The position numbers were made by a program, and so were the translations under genes. A stretch of 52,961 bases of DNA, from the NCBI GenBank assembly GCA_964473335.1, contig CAYYOO010000002.1, positions 1-52,961 on the forward strand. The letters are read 5' to 3'. Under the pieces are notes generated by a model that did no database searches, had not been told where the DNA came from, and worked only from the letters and a program-made list of their open reading frames with translations. Positions 16,431 to 26,807 of the stretch are shown one piece after another (position 1 is the first letter of the stretch; each line of letters starts with the position of its first letter). Source of the DNA: an uncultured Thermoplasmatales archaeon (GTDB lineage: Archaea > Thermoplasmatota > E2 > DHVEG-1).

Positions 16431-17480
16431 TCACTCCCAAAATAAAAGATCTGTAAGCTTTGCGTATGTTCCATAATCGATGTATTCTTTGTCTTCAACC
16501 ATCTCTGATACAAAAGGTGCTTTGTTTCTTTTCATTTTTTTAATGTAATCAGTTACTCTAATATCAAAACTATCGCTTCCAGCTCCGGATCCATAACTAG
16601 TTAAAAAAATCCTATCGTTTGGTTTTGCTACATCAAGTACTGAGGAAAGTCCGACCATGGTTGCACCAGAATATGTGTTTCCAATGTTTGGGGCCATAAG
16701 TCCTTGTTTTATTTGATCATAATTAAAACCTAACATTTTTGATACTTTTACCGGAAATTTTCCATTTGGTTGGTGAAAAATTGCATAATCATAATCTTCT
16801 GGTTTTGTTCCTACTTTTTCCATCATGTTTTTTGATGCGTTTGTGATGTGTTTAAAGTAAGCTGGCCCACCTGTGAATCTTCCTCCGTGTGAAGGATATT
16901 TTCTTTCCGCTCTTCTCCAAAAATCAGGTGTGTCAGTTGTATATGATAACGTATGATTGATTATTGCAATGGGGTTATCCTTTCCTATTATAAATGCTCC
17001 TCCGCCTGCTGATGCAGAAAATTCTAATGCATCACCTGGTGCTGCTTGGGAGGTATCTGCGCCTATTGCTAGACCGTATTTAATCATGTCTGATTTTACA
17101 AGGGCAGTGCATGATTGTATGCCTGCTGTTCCAGCTTTACACGCAAATTCATAATCTGCTACCATCAGATCCGGTGTGGCACCAATTGCTTCTCCAACAA
17201 TTGTGCCTGATGGTTTTACAGCATATGGGTGGGATTCACTTCCAATGTATATTGCTCCTATATCCTTTGGATTTATATTGCATCTTTTTAGTGCATTTCT
17301 AGCTGCTTCTACACTGATTGTTGCAGTGTCTTGGTCAATACCTGGAACTGTTTTTTCGTTTATACCTAGGCCCTGGGATATTCTTTTTCCATCTTTTCCC
17401 CATACTTTTGCTATTTCTTCGGCTTTAATTCTAAATCTTGGAATATATGATCCATAGCTTATAATACCAATATCATCCAT
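16431..17480 (-). CDS. Hydroxymethylglutaryl-CoA synthase (archaeal type)
   Basis: 349 aa. Contains [10 protein letters not shown] (catalytic Cys), HQPNGKFP and NTYSGA motifs. Operonic with the thiolase and DUF35. Confidence 0.85.
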   Translation of the reverse strand: MDDIGIISYGSYIPRFRIKAEEIAKVWGKDGKRISQGLGINEKTVPGIDQDTATISVEAARNALKRCNINPKDIGAIYIGSESHPYAVKPSGTIVGEAIGATPDLMVADYEFACKAGTAGIQSCTALVKSDMIKYGLAIGADTSQAAPGDALEFSASAGGGAFIIGKDNPIAIINHTLSYTTDTPDFWRRAERKYPSHGGRFTGGPAYFKHITNASKNMMEKVGTKPEDYDYAIFHQPNGKFPVKVSKMLGFNYDQIKQGLMAPNIGNTYSGATMVGLSSVLDVAKPNDRIFLTSYGSGAGSDSFDIRVTDYIKKMKRNKAPFVSEMVEDKEYIDYGTYAKLTDLLFWE

Positions 17481-17572
17481 AATTTTATTCCCATTTTAAG
17501 GAAAAACAACGTCATATATATAAAATTGTCGATTTAAATTTCGTTTTTTATCGAATAAATTTTTTTAAAAGG

Positions 17573-18778
17573 TTATAATAAATTCTTTCTCAACTCTATC
17601 ATATGAAGATTTACGCCTATCTCTTCTAATCTTAAAATATACGCTTTTCCCATCCTTTTTTTGAAAAGGTCTAAAAAATCTCTTCCCGCTTTTTCACCTA
17701 AAGAAGTTGAGACTTTTTCCATCATTCTCTGAATTGCACGCCCAAGTTCAGAGGGACTTACATTATTTATTTCATCAGATACTTCTATTGCTTCAATTCC
17801 ATCTGATAGATGTAAAGCATCAATATTTATCAATTTCAAAAAATCAAATTTATCTTCGTATTTGTTTATTATATTAGATAATATCATAACTGAATAGCTT
17901 TGAGTGGTCGATTCAGCTAAAATTTGGAGTAGTGATTGGATTGTGTGTTTTAAAAGTAAGGTCTGTTTAAGTTTTATTACATCAAAATTAACTCCCATTT
18001 CATTTAACTTGTATGAATAGTCTGCACTAATGTTGTTTTTTATTTTATCCATTATTAAGAGAAACTTTTTTTCATCAAAGTCCATTGAGAGTTCTTGGAT
18101 AATCTTTTGAATGCAAACTCCAACCTCCTGGGAATCTAATTTATTAATTTGTTTATCTGTATTAATTAGTTCTACATTCTGTATAGATCTAACATCATTG
18201 ATTTTAACATAATTTAAAGCCTCATACTGGGTGTTTAATCGATTTATTAGTTCATCAAGAGTTTCATATGCAACATCTCTTCCAGATTCACTATCAACTA
18301 TCTCAAATAGAACAGTAAGAACATGATTCATAACTTCAGAGTTTTCAATACTAAACTTAAATGAGTTTTTTATCTCAGTTATAAACTCTGATTGAATATA
18401 ATCAAGATCAATACCTAAATCGCTCATGATATTTTCATATTTGTATGGTATATCCTCTTTGATTTCTTTAATAAAATAAAAGCCTGCATCTTTTCCCATA
18501 GTATTTGCAATATTTATCATAAAATCTTTAATTGCAATGCCGACGTTTTTTACATTTTCATTGTTGATCTCATCATCAATATCTATTACATTTATAGTTT
18601 CTTTATATCTGTCTTTTTCGATTTTTATATTTCTTAAAAACTTATGTTTTTTACTTATATTACTAAGAACTGATTCAAGTGTCATATTAGCATATGCCTC
18701 AGATGTCCTTCGACCAATTACGCCTAAAGTAGATTTTAGAATAGTTCCAAGAAGTTCAGTATTATTAATTTGAGGCAT
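17573..18778 (-). CDS. Hypothetical protein built from three internal repeats
   Basis: Three alignable modules of about 75 aa each (see finding). No family recognised. Confidence 0.5.
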   Translation of the reverse strand: MPQINNTELLGTILKSTLGVIGRRTSEAYANMTLESVLSNISKKHKFLRNIKIEKDRYKETINVIDIDDEINNENVKNVGIAIKDFMINIANTMGKDAGFYFIKEIKEDIPYKYENIMSDLGIDLDYIQSEFITEIKNSFKFSIENSEVMNHVLTVLFEIVDSESGRDVAYETLDELINRLNTQYEALNYVKINDVRSIQNVELINTDKQINKLDSQEVGVCIQKIIQELSMDFDEKKFLLIMDKIKNNISADYSYKLNEMGVNFDVIKLKQTLLLKHTIQSLLQILAESTTQSYSVMILSNIINKYEDKFDFLKLINIDALHLSDGIEAIEVSDEINNVSPSELGRAIQRMMEKVSTSLGEKAGRDFLDLFKKRMGKAYILRLEEIGVNLHMIELRKNLL

Positions 18779-18838
18779 TTAATACAACCAATGGTTTACA
18801 ATATGTAAAATTGTAATTATGTTTTTATAACTTCTTAT

Positions 18839-21673
18839 TTAGTTATCCCAAAAACCTCTCGTGCGAGCATAAGTTAATTCAGCCTTTAAAATATCTTTTA
18901 GAAATTTTATTTGTGTTTCCTCTGAGTTTTTTAGTGAAACCGCATTATATCTTCTAAGTATCCTTGCAGCTGTATCAGGACCTATACCTCTACCAGACAG
19001 AGCAAGTATTGCAGGTTTTCCATAGTTTAAGACAAGGCTGGCATTTTTATGTAATCTTTTCAGTTCTTTTTTTTCTTTATCGTTTTTTGGTTTTTTATTT
19101 AATATATTTTTTTTATCCTTGTTGTATCTTCTGAGAACCGCAATTTTTATTGCATTACATTTCGGACATTTTGGATTATTCTCAACCCTTCTAACAACAG
19201 TATTTTTAAGATATCCACAGTTTGTACATACTAAAACTATATCTGAGTCATTAAGTCTTTTATTAAGAGTCATAAGTATTGACCTATCTGCTCTTTTTGG
19301 AACCATTAGCCCCTTGATTGTTTCATAAGCAGCAACTGAGATAGGTGAAAGCCTTTGAACGCATATTTCTATATCATTATCTTGTATTTTTTTCAAGATT
19401 TTTTTTGTATTTTCTATATCCATTTTTTCAAAGATAATTTTATCAATTGCTTCATCCTGAATCAAGGTGTTTTCAAATAAATTGAATAATTTTTTTGATC
19501 CGACATGTTTGTAATCAAAATCTTTTTTTATTGCGCCAAATTTTCTTGCAATATGAACTATTTGCCATCTAATATAATTAGAATTCCTAAGAATCCTATT
19601 TAAAATGTAAAACAAAGATTCAGGTTTAATTTCAAGAAGTATTTCTCTAATATTTTTAGGATTAATTCTTGTGGGAAGTTCAAGATTTATTCTATATGGA
19701 TCGCAATTTACACCGACACTTTCACCTAGTCTTTGGACAAGTAAAGCTGAAATAATTCTACCAATTGTTTCATTTACTTTTGATCCAAAACAAGCATTGA
19801 TTACAATAGTTTTATCTTCAACTTCAATTGTTATATTTTTGTCATCAGGAATTATAAATTCCTGTTTTTTTTGTTTTTTAATATAATTTATAAATTTTTT
19901 TGCTGAGTTTTTATCTGTTCTAAAATTTTTTAGGATGTAGGATTCAGAGTGTTTTCTTCTAAGTTTTCCAAGGTTCATTGCTACATCAAAGGGAACGGGT
20001 ATATCTTCACCTGTCCAAGAGGGAATATTTCCTATATCTTTTGATTGCGAGACAAGTATTTGATCATCTTCCATTTTTATAATGGTCCAGGGTTTACCAC
20101 GCAGAATAAAAGAACTTTCTTCAAAATCTGAACTTAAAACAAAGCTTTCGTCAAGTTTACCTATTTTTCTTCTATTTGAGATATCAACAACTGAAAAAGT
20201 CTTTTCATCTGGGATCATAGATATATTTTCTAAAAAATAGTTTCTTGAAAATCTTCTTTTTGTAATAAATCCTTTTTCATCAAACCAAACACTTCTTTGT
20301 CTTTTGAGTTGTAATAATAGTTTTTCAAAAATTTCTTTTTTTAGTGTGTTAAAAGGATATGATCTAGTAACAATCTCATAGATTTTATCTGTATTGATTT
20401 TTCCATATTCAAGTGCAATTGATATTATTTGATTTGATAGAACCGATAAAGGGTTTTTTCTAATTTTTAATTTTTCTAATTCACCTTTTAATGCTTTTTT
20501 TGAAATGACCATGCTTTCAGCTAGATCTTCAGGATGAGTTGAAAGTATCAAGCCCTTTGATGTTTTGCCTACACTATGGCCTGATCTACCGACTCTTTGT
20601 AGAATTCTTTTTACTTGTCTGGGTGAATTATATTGTATTACAAAATCAGTATTTCCAACATCTATTCCAAGTTCCAGTGATGAAGTACATATCAATGATT
20701 TTAGTTTTCCAGATTTAAAACTATCTTCAGATTCTACTCTAGCTAACTTTGATAAAGATCCATGATGTACTCCTATCTTTAAATTATCTTTCCAGATGTT
20801 AAACCGTGAAGCGAGGATTTCTGCGCCATCACGAGTATTAATAAATAAAAGTGTAGAATTGTGTTTTTCTATTAGATCATGGCTTCGTCTTAGACATGCA
20901 AAAGAAACTGGTTCGATATAGAGTTTTTTTGCCATTTTATAATCTGTTTTTATGGTTTTAGGTAATTCAGCTTTGATTTCTATTAATTTAGTTGCATCGA
21001 CCTCGATAGTTTTTACCTTCCGCTCTTTCTGTTTTGTTTTTCCAACTAAGAATCTAGCTACCTCTTTAGGTGATCCAACAGTAGCTGATAGCCCAATTCT
21101 TTGAAAACTATGATCTTTTTCTTTTGTAAGTTCCTCTAATCGTTCAAGTGCAACTGATAATTGAGCTCCTCGCTCATCACAAGCTAATTCATGTATTTCA
21201 TCTACTATAACAAATTTTATTTTACTAAGGTGTTTTCTCAATCTTCTACCTGTAAACATTATTTGAAATGTCTCAGGTGTTGTGATCAACATATCTGGCG
21301 GATTTTTTGACTGTCTTGCTCTTTCTTTTCTACTAGTATCACCATGTCTAACAGAAATATCAATATCAATATGCTTTCCTAGATCTATTGTCCTTTTTAG
21401 CATATCTCGATTTAGTGCTCTAAGTGGAGTTATATATAAAATTGAGATTCCCAGATCTTTTTCTTCTTTTTTAATCTTTAAAAAATTATCAAAAATAGGT
21501 AATAGAGCTGCTTCAGTTTTTCCTAGCCCTGTAGGTGCAATAAGTAAAACATTTTTTCCTTTGGAAATGTAGGGTATGGCCTTTTTTTGCGGTTCAGTAG
21601 GCCTTGTAATATTGTTTTTTTTAAGAAACTCATTTATTTTTGGGTTTAATTCTGAAAATAACTGCATTATCAA
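18839..21673 (-). CDS. lhr: Lhr-family DEAD/DEAH-box helicase
   Basis: APTGLGKT (motif I), VDEIH (II), SAT (III), QRVGRSGH (VI). A long C-terminal extension carries a CTNCG...CPKC zinc ribbon. 944 aa. Confidence 0.8.
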   Translation of the reverse strand: MIMQLFSELNPKINEFLKKNNITRPTEPQKKAIPYISKGKNVLLIAPTGLGKTEAALLPIFDNFLKIKKEEKDLGISILYITPLRALNRDMLKRTIDLGKHIDIDISVRHGDTSRKERARQSKNPPDMLITTPETFQIMFTGRRLRKHLSKIKFVIVDEIHELACDERGAQLSVALERLEELTKEKDHSFQRIGLSATVGSPKEVARFLVGKTKQKERKVKTIEVDATKLIEIKAELPKTIKTDYKMAKKLYIEPVSFACLRRSHDLIEKHNSTLLFINTRDGAEILASRFNIWKDNLKIGVHHGSLSKLARVESEDSFKSGKLKSLICTSSLELGIDVGNTDFVIQYNSPRQVKRILQRVGRSGHSVGKTSKGLILSTHPEDLAESMVISKKALKGELEKLKIRKNPLSVLSNQIISIALEYGKINTDKIYEIVTRSYPFNTLKKEIFEKLLLQLKRQRSVWFDEKGFITKRRFSRNYFLENISMIPDEKTFSVVDISNRRKIGKLDESFVLSSDFEESSFILRGKPWTIIKMEDDQILVSQSKDIGNIPSWTGEDIPVPFDVAMNLGKLRRKHSESYILKNFRTDKNSAKKFINYIKKQKKQEFIIPDDKNITIEVEDKTIVINACFGSKVNETIGRIISALLVQRLGESVGVNCDPYRINLELPTRINPKNIREILLEIKPESLFYILNRILRNSNYIRWQIVHIARKFGAIKKDFDYKHVGSKKLFNLFENTLIQDEAIDKIIFEKMDIENTKKILKKIQDNDIEICVQRLSPISVAAYETIKGLMVPKRADRSILMTLNKRLNDSDIVLVCTNCGYLKNTVVRRVENNPKCPKCNAIKIAVLRRYNKDKKNILNKKPKNDKEKKELKRLHKNASLVLNYGKPAILALSGRGIGPDTAARILRRYNAVSLKNSEETQIKFLKDILKAELTYARTRGFWDN

Positions 21674-21710
21674 AATAAAAAATGGTTGCTATTATTTTAT
21701 ATTTACCGAC

Positions 21711-22031
21711 TTAAGATTTTCTTTCCTCTGTGTATATTATAATTCCAATACCTAGCCACATAACAGATATCACATAATACCAGAAAAATGGTAAATCAAG
21801 AACATTTATCTCAATTCCACTAATAAAGAAAATACCGCCTAAGAATATTAACGTTATAGGTAATATTATACACAAAAATAATCTAATAGCTTTTGAATAT
21901 TTAGGTTTAAGATTAAAACTTTCTGTAAGAAGTAACAACAGATATTGTAGAATTCCTAAGAAGATAATTGTAATTATCCTTAATGCAATCAACAGATTTT
22001 CTTTCAATGGATCTATGACCAGGGCACTCAT
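21711..22031 (-). CDS. Small integral membrane protein
   Basis: 106 aa with three to four hydrophobic helices. Confidence 0.5.
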   Translation of the reverse strand: MSALVIDPLKENLLIALRIITIIFLGILQYLLLLLTESFNLKPKYSKAIRLFLCIILPITLIFLGGIFFISGIEINVLDLPFFWYYVISVMWLGIGIIIYTEERKS

Positions 22032-22135
22032 TTTATATCTTACCTTTATCTTTTTTTTTATTAGGATTTCCTCATATAAAATAAGTATTATTTAAGCTTA
22101 CCTTTTTATTTGTACACTAGATATTTCCAAATTAT

Positions 22136-23239
22136 TTAGTTCAATAATATATCAGCATAATAATATCTTTTTTTCTTGTATGGTTTAAATTTGTTTTTAT
22201 ATATTTCTAAATCTTTTTTCCATGTTGGACCATCATTGATATATTTATAACCTAGATTTTTGATCTTTTTCCAAAAAAGGAATTGGGAAAACTCTGAAAG
22301 ATGAGGAATATTTACATCTGAAATACCTATCGAGTGAGCAAAAACATTTTGTTTTTTGTATATTCCAAGAGGAAAACCTAAGTTAAAAGAAGCGATTTCT
22401 CCATCCACTTTTAATACATTTGTAACAGTCTTTGAAAAATCGACTAATTCACTTTTATGATTTTGAATTGAATTATAGTTTTTCCCAAAAAATCTTGCAC
22501 CTAGTTTATCTGAGCGCATATTTACATAAGAAAAATCTCTTTTTTCGATTGCATCTTTTCTCCATTTTCCAATTAGATGAATTACTGGTTTAATGTTATT
22601 TTCAAGATTGACTTCTCTAACTTCATGATCATCTTTTTCAAAATTATTCAAATGCCATCTAAGATTTGAAAATTTCTTTCCAGAGAGTTCTATAGATTTT
22701 TTAATATCATATATGCCATATCTTATTTCTCTAAGTGAATTAATTTTTAAATTAGATTTTTTTTTCTTTAAACTATTTATAATTTTATCATCGATATCTC
22801 TGATAGTGATTTTTTCTATTTTTTGTTTTTTTAAAATTTTTTTAATAACTGAGTTTGATAAGAATTTAGATAAATTTTCTATTGCATCACTTGGATTTTT
22901 GTATATGGGAAGTGATAGCTCGATTTTAGAAAAATTTCTGTCAATAAATGATGCAAATATTAAAGTTTCATCTATATACGATAAAATAGGAAACCTAGGA
23001 TAATAAGAATAGTATAACAAAAAATGATTAATACTTCTGTTGTATGAAATTTCATGTTCTCTAATTTTTTCTTTTTCTATTATTTTTGAAAAATTTTTTT
23101 CAATTTTTGACAAGAAATCAAATAAAGAATTAAATGAGGTATTTTTGTCTGATGGTCCTTTCAAATACCATATATCTTTATTTTCAGATAACAATTTAAT
23201 AATTTCTTTTTCAATATTTTTTGTTTTCATTTTTTTCAA
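22136..23239 (-). CDS. Hypothetical protein, 367 aa
   Basis: No family recognised with confidence. There is only a weak impression of DUF2156-like sequence (FSNLRWHLNNF...WRKDA). Its start directly abuts the stop of the phosphoesterase gene. Confidence 0.3.
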   Translation of the reverse strand: MKKMKTKNIEKEIIKLLSENKDIWYLKGPSDKNTSFNSLFDFLSKIEKNFSKIIEKEKIREHEISYNRSINHFLLYYSYYPRFPILSYIDETLIFASFIDRNFSKIELSLPIYKNPSDAIENLSKFLSNSVIKKILKKQKIEKITIRDIDDKIINSLKKKKSNLKINSLREIRYGIYDIKKSIELSGKKFSNLRWHLNNFEKDDHEVREVNLENNIKPVIHLIGKWRKDAIEKRDFSYVNMRSDKLGARFFGKNYNSIQNHKSELVDFSKTVTNVLKVDGEIASFNLGFPLGIYKKQNVFAHSIGISDVNIPHLSEFSQFLFWKKIKNLGYKYINDGPTWKKDLEIYKNKFKPYKKKRYYYADILLN

Positions 23240-23989
23240 CTAAATATCGTTTGTTTTTCCTAGATATGTTCCATCAAGCAGGAATATTTTACTATTTTTT
23301 ATATCTGCAATTTTTGCTATAGGTCCAACTATCCCTTCTTTGTTTATAGCTAGTCCTCCACATAACGGATTAAATGCAGGCATTATCAAAAGATTAGGAT
23401 TATTTTCAAGTGAATATTTTTCTTTAAGTTTTTTAACTATAAACTTTGTTTTTATCCAGCAAGACTCATATGTTTTAAATTCCATTCTATCCTTTAACAT
23501 AACTGTTGGATGTGTATGGGCCATGATTATATTTTGACATTCAAAAATTTCTTTATTTGGCCATCTATGTCCATGAATAAAACCAATTTTATCAATAATA
23601 AGTCCACTTGACGGATGAATAGATATTTCACTAGGAGTTAATTTACTAATATTTCCATCATGGTTACCCGGAATTATGTGAATTTTTGCATATGTATTTA
23701 TCTTATCAAGGAATTTTTTTACATCCTTTCTTTCTTGAAATGTTGAAGTTGGAATATTATGTTTAATATCGCCAAGCAAAATGATATCTTTTGGTTTATA
23801 TTTTTTAACGATTAAATCTATCTTTTTTATTAGTTTTTTGTTCTGCGAGCCACTGTGTAAGCCGTATTCTTTCAGCTCTTCTTCTATTCCAATATGCAGA
23901 TCAGCGATAACCAGAATTTTTTTATTTTTAATAAATAATGCTGGTTGGTCCTGAATCGGTTGTATTGAATTTTCTTCCATATTTATCAT
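23240..23989 (-). CDS. SbcD/Mre11-related metallophosphoesterase (archaeal COG1407-like)
   Basis: Calcineurin-fold motifs DLHIG, GDIKHN, GNHDG, GHRWP and AHTHP in the canonical order. Confidence 0.75.
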   Translation of the reverse strand: MINMEENSIQPIQDQPALFIKNKKILVIADLHIGIEEELKEYGLHSGSQNKKLIKKIDLIVKKYKPKDIILLGDIKHNIPTSTFQERKDVKKFLDKINTYAKIHIIPGNHDGNISKLTPSEISIHPSSGLIIDKIGFIHGHRWPNKEIFECQNIIMAHTHPTVMLKDRMEFKTYESCWIKTKFIVKKLKEKYSLENNPNLLIMPAFNPLCGGLAINKEGIVGPIAKIADIKNSKIFLLDGTYLGKTNDI

Positions 23990-24067
23990 TTTAAATTTTT
24001 AAAATATTTTCATTAAATGCAAATTTTTTTATGCTTTATTTGAATTAATATTTTTTGGGAAAAAAGA

Positions 24068-24835
24068 ATGTATGTTTCAAAGGATGCTAAAATAATATCT
24101 ATGATATCTGCTCTTAGCGGTTTAATTGCTTTTGTTTTTTTCTATATTTTTGCATTTGATTCCATTTCTAAAAATCCAAATTTTGAATTATTACAATTGA
24201 TGATTTTTAGTTTTTTGTCTTTTTTTGCGTTTGTATTGATTATATCAGTTATCTCTTTGGTTAGAGATAAAAAGCTTAAAGAAGAACATCTAAGAAATAT
24301 TAGGCTAAAACAAGAATTACAATCTCAAGATAAAGATTTTTTTGAAGAGAAAGTAAAGATTCCTTATAATAAATGGGGTTTAATCTCTTTGATTATTTCC
24401 TCTGGAATTGGGATAATTGTGTTTCTTTATATTTATTCTTTTTTTGCAAATGCTAATAAAAATATATCTGGTGATATCCAAGTTGATCCTGCAAGTATTG
24501 AAGCCGGTTCTCAGATGATTTTTGTTTTTTTAACCATTTTAATGATTATTTTGATTTTCAGTATTTTTTCACTTATCAAAAAAATACAAAACCCTGTTTT
24601 TTATAAATATGAACCATGTCCAGTTTGTGGAAGTAAAAACATTGAGAAAGTTGAATATTCTTGGTTTGGCGGACTTTTAGCATCTGCTTTTAATGTAGCT
24701 AGGTGTAAAAAGTGTGGTAAATCATATAACGGTGCTACTGGTAAAGATTTGAAAAAATATAATGCTGTGATCATAATCATTTTAATAATATTTATTTTGC
24801 TTCAGTTGCTTAGGTTCCTGATTAGGACTTCATAA
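24068..24835 (+). CDS. Membrane protein with cytoplasmic zinc ribbon
   Basis: Several TM helices plus CPVCG-x25-CKKCG. Confidence 0.5.
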   Translation: MYVSKDAKIISMISALSGLIAFVFFYIFAFDSISKNPNFELLQLMIFSFLSFFAFVLIISVISLVRDKKLKEEHLRNIRLKQELQSQDKDFFEEKVKIPYNKWGLISLIISSGIGIIVFLYIYSFFANANKNISGDIQVDPASIEAGSQMIFVFLTILMIILIFSIFSLIKKIQNPVFYKYEPCPVCGSKNIEKVEYSWFGGLLASAFNVARCKKCGKSYNGATGKDLKKYNAVIIIILIIFILLQLLRFLIRTS

Positions 24836-26347
24836 AAATTTCTTTAAAACATTTGGAATTTCTTCAATTATATCTGTTGAAATAAGCCCATATGATTTTT
24901 TTTCAAAAGCATTGTTTCCAGCATAACCATTTATAAAAACTGCAGTTCTAGCAGCATTAAAAGGTTCAATTCCTTTTGATAAAAGTGCTCCAGTTATGCC
25001 TGCTAGTACATCTCCAGTTCCTCCAACTGTCATCGCTTGATTATGAATATCATTCAGTTTTACATTTTCATTATTACTAATAACATCTATATGACCTTTT
25101 AGAATAATTGTCACTCCAAGTTTTTTTGCCCATTCTTTTGTTTTTTTACTTCGTTCATCGATATGATCTGATAGTTTTATACCAGTTAGTTCTTCGAACT
25201 CCCCTGTGTGTGGTGTTATAACTGTTTTTGAGTTTTTTATAATGTCTTTATTTTTCCCAATTACTTTTATTGCATCAGCATCTACTACAATTGATTTATT
25301 TTTTGAGACAAAAAACTTTATAATTTTTTTAACTGAATCTTGTGTTTCTTTATTATTTCCAATGCCGGGGCCGATTAAAAGTGTGTCAACTTTTTTTTCA
25401 TATTTTTTTACAATTTCATAATCACTTGGAACAATTATTTTCTCATCCGATAGCTCTTTTACAATTAGGTTTGGTGAAAACACAGCAAGCTTTTTTGCTA
25501 GTTTTTTTGGTTTTAAAATAAGTGGAGAATATGATGTAATTGCTTTTGCTACTTTTTTAGGAGTTAAAGTAAATACTAGATCTGCACCTGTTCTTAGAGC
25601 TGCAAAAGATGAAAGTGCTGGTGCACCATAAAATGGTCCTCCTCCAATGATCAATAATCTTCCGTTTTGACCTTTGTGTGATTCTTTTTTTGGTTTATGA
25701 TAAAAGACTTTTAACTCACCTGGTCCCACGTATTTTATTCCCTTATCTGGTATCTTTATATCAACAATTTTTATTTTTCCACAGTTTTTATTATTCATTC
25801 CTTTTTTTATATCGTGAAAAGTTACTGTGTGATCTGGTTTTATTTGCTGGTTTGTTCCAAAACCTGTTGGAATATCAACCGAGATTATTGTTTTATTTTT
25901 TTGTTTGTTTATTTTTTTAACTATTGTTTTGTATGGTTCTCTTAAATCTCCTTTGATTCCAATACCAAGCATTGAGTCGACTATAGTATCATTTTTTTGA
26001 ATTAGACTATTGATTTTGTCTAAATTTTCAATATTAAAGATTTTAATATTTAGTTTTTCAAGTTTTTTAAAATTCTCTTTTGCAACTTTTGTATGGATAT
26101 CTTTTGCCTTTCCAATTAAAAATAATGTTACTTCATATTTTTTTGAAAGATATCTAGCAGCAACAAAACCATCACCACCATTGTTTCCTTTTCCACAAAA
26201 TAAAACAATTTTTTTTCTTTTTGACTTAATTTTTTTTGATATATGTTCTGATACTCCTCTTCCTGCGTTTTCCATTAGTTTTTTTGCTGGTGTACCGTAG
26301 TATTCTGAATTTATATCTGAGACATGTACTTCATTGGCAGTAAGCAT
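24830..26347 (-). CDS. nnr: Bifunctional NAD(P)H-hydrate repair enzyme (epimerase/ADP-dependent dehydratase)
   Basis: N-terminal YjeF_N motif GKGNNGGDGFVAARYL. C-terminal carbohydrate-kinase motif GGTGDVLAGI. Confidence 0.85.
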   Translation of the reverse strand: MLTANEVHVSDINSEYYGTPAKKLMENAGRGVSEHISKKIKSKRKKIVLFCGKGNNGGDGFVAARYLSKKYEVTLFLIGKAKDIHTKVAKENFKKLEKLNIKIFNIENLDKINSLIQKNDTIVDSMLGIGIKGDLREPYKTIVKKINKQKNKTIISVDIPTGFGTNQQIKPDHTVTFHDIKKGMNNKNCGKIKIVDIKIPDKGIKYVGPGELKVFYHKPKKESHKGQNGRLLIIGGGPFYGAPALSSFAALRTGADLVFTLTPKKVAKAITSYSPLILKPKKLAKKLAVFSPNLIVKELSDEKIIVPSDYEIVKKYEKKVDTLLIGPGIGNNKETQDSVKKIIKFFVSKNKSIVVDADAIKVIGKNKDIIKNSKTVITPHTGEFEELTGIKLSDHIDERSKKTKEWAKKLGVTIILKGHIDVISNNENVKLNDIHNQAMTVGGTGDVLAGITGALLSKGIEPFNAARTAVFINGYAGNNAFEKKSYGLISTDIIEEIPNVLKKFL

Positions 26348-26455
26348 ATATTGTTAAATAAAAAAGGAGTCTAAATATTTTAGGATGATTTTTCAAAATC
26401 TTAAAATATATCATGCGTGTTATTAAATCTAGAAATTAAGGGAGATTTTATTGAT

Positions 26456-26806
26456 ATGATGCCTGGTATGCCTGGTAAAATGAATTCCAGACAAATGCAG
26501 CAAATGATGAAAAAACTTGGAATAAACATTAAGGAAATTAAGAACGTTGAAGAAGTAATTATTAGAACTGACTCTAAAGAATATATCATTGATAATGCTG
26601 AAGTAACTATAATGGATGCCAAAGGACAAAAAACCTATCAAGTCACGGGTAACGCTCGTATTGAAGATAGAGAAGAAACAATCCCTGATAAAGATATTGA
26701 ACTAGTTGTCGAACAAACTGGTGCAAATAAAGAAGATGCAGAAAAAGCACTTGAAGAAAGCAACGGAGATATCGCTGAAGCAATCATGAAATTGACTGAG
26801 GGATAA
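26456..26806 (+). CDS. nac: Nascent polypeptide-associated complex protein (archaeal NAC)
   Basis: Start at MMPGMPG with AAGGGAG upstream. NAC domain (RQMQQMMKKLGI...) and C-terminal UBA-like ANKEDAEKALEESNGDIAEAIMKL. Confidence 0.8.
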   Translation: MMPGMPGKMNSRQMQQMMKKLGINIKEIKNVEEVIIRTDSKEYIIDNAEVTIMDAKGQKTYQVTGNARIEDREETIPDKDIELVVEQTGANKEDAEKALEESNGDIAEAIMKLTEG

Positions 26807-26807
26807 A

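Noticed and set aside
16427-16513. N-terminal extension of the thiolase ORF
   Set aside because: It overlaps the end of the HMG-CoA synthase gene. The ATG at 16426 has a GGGAGTGAT ribosome-binding site and yields the conserved [11 protein letters not shown]-terminus.
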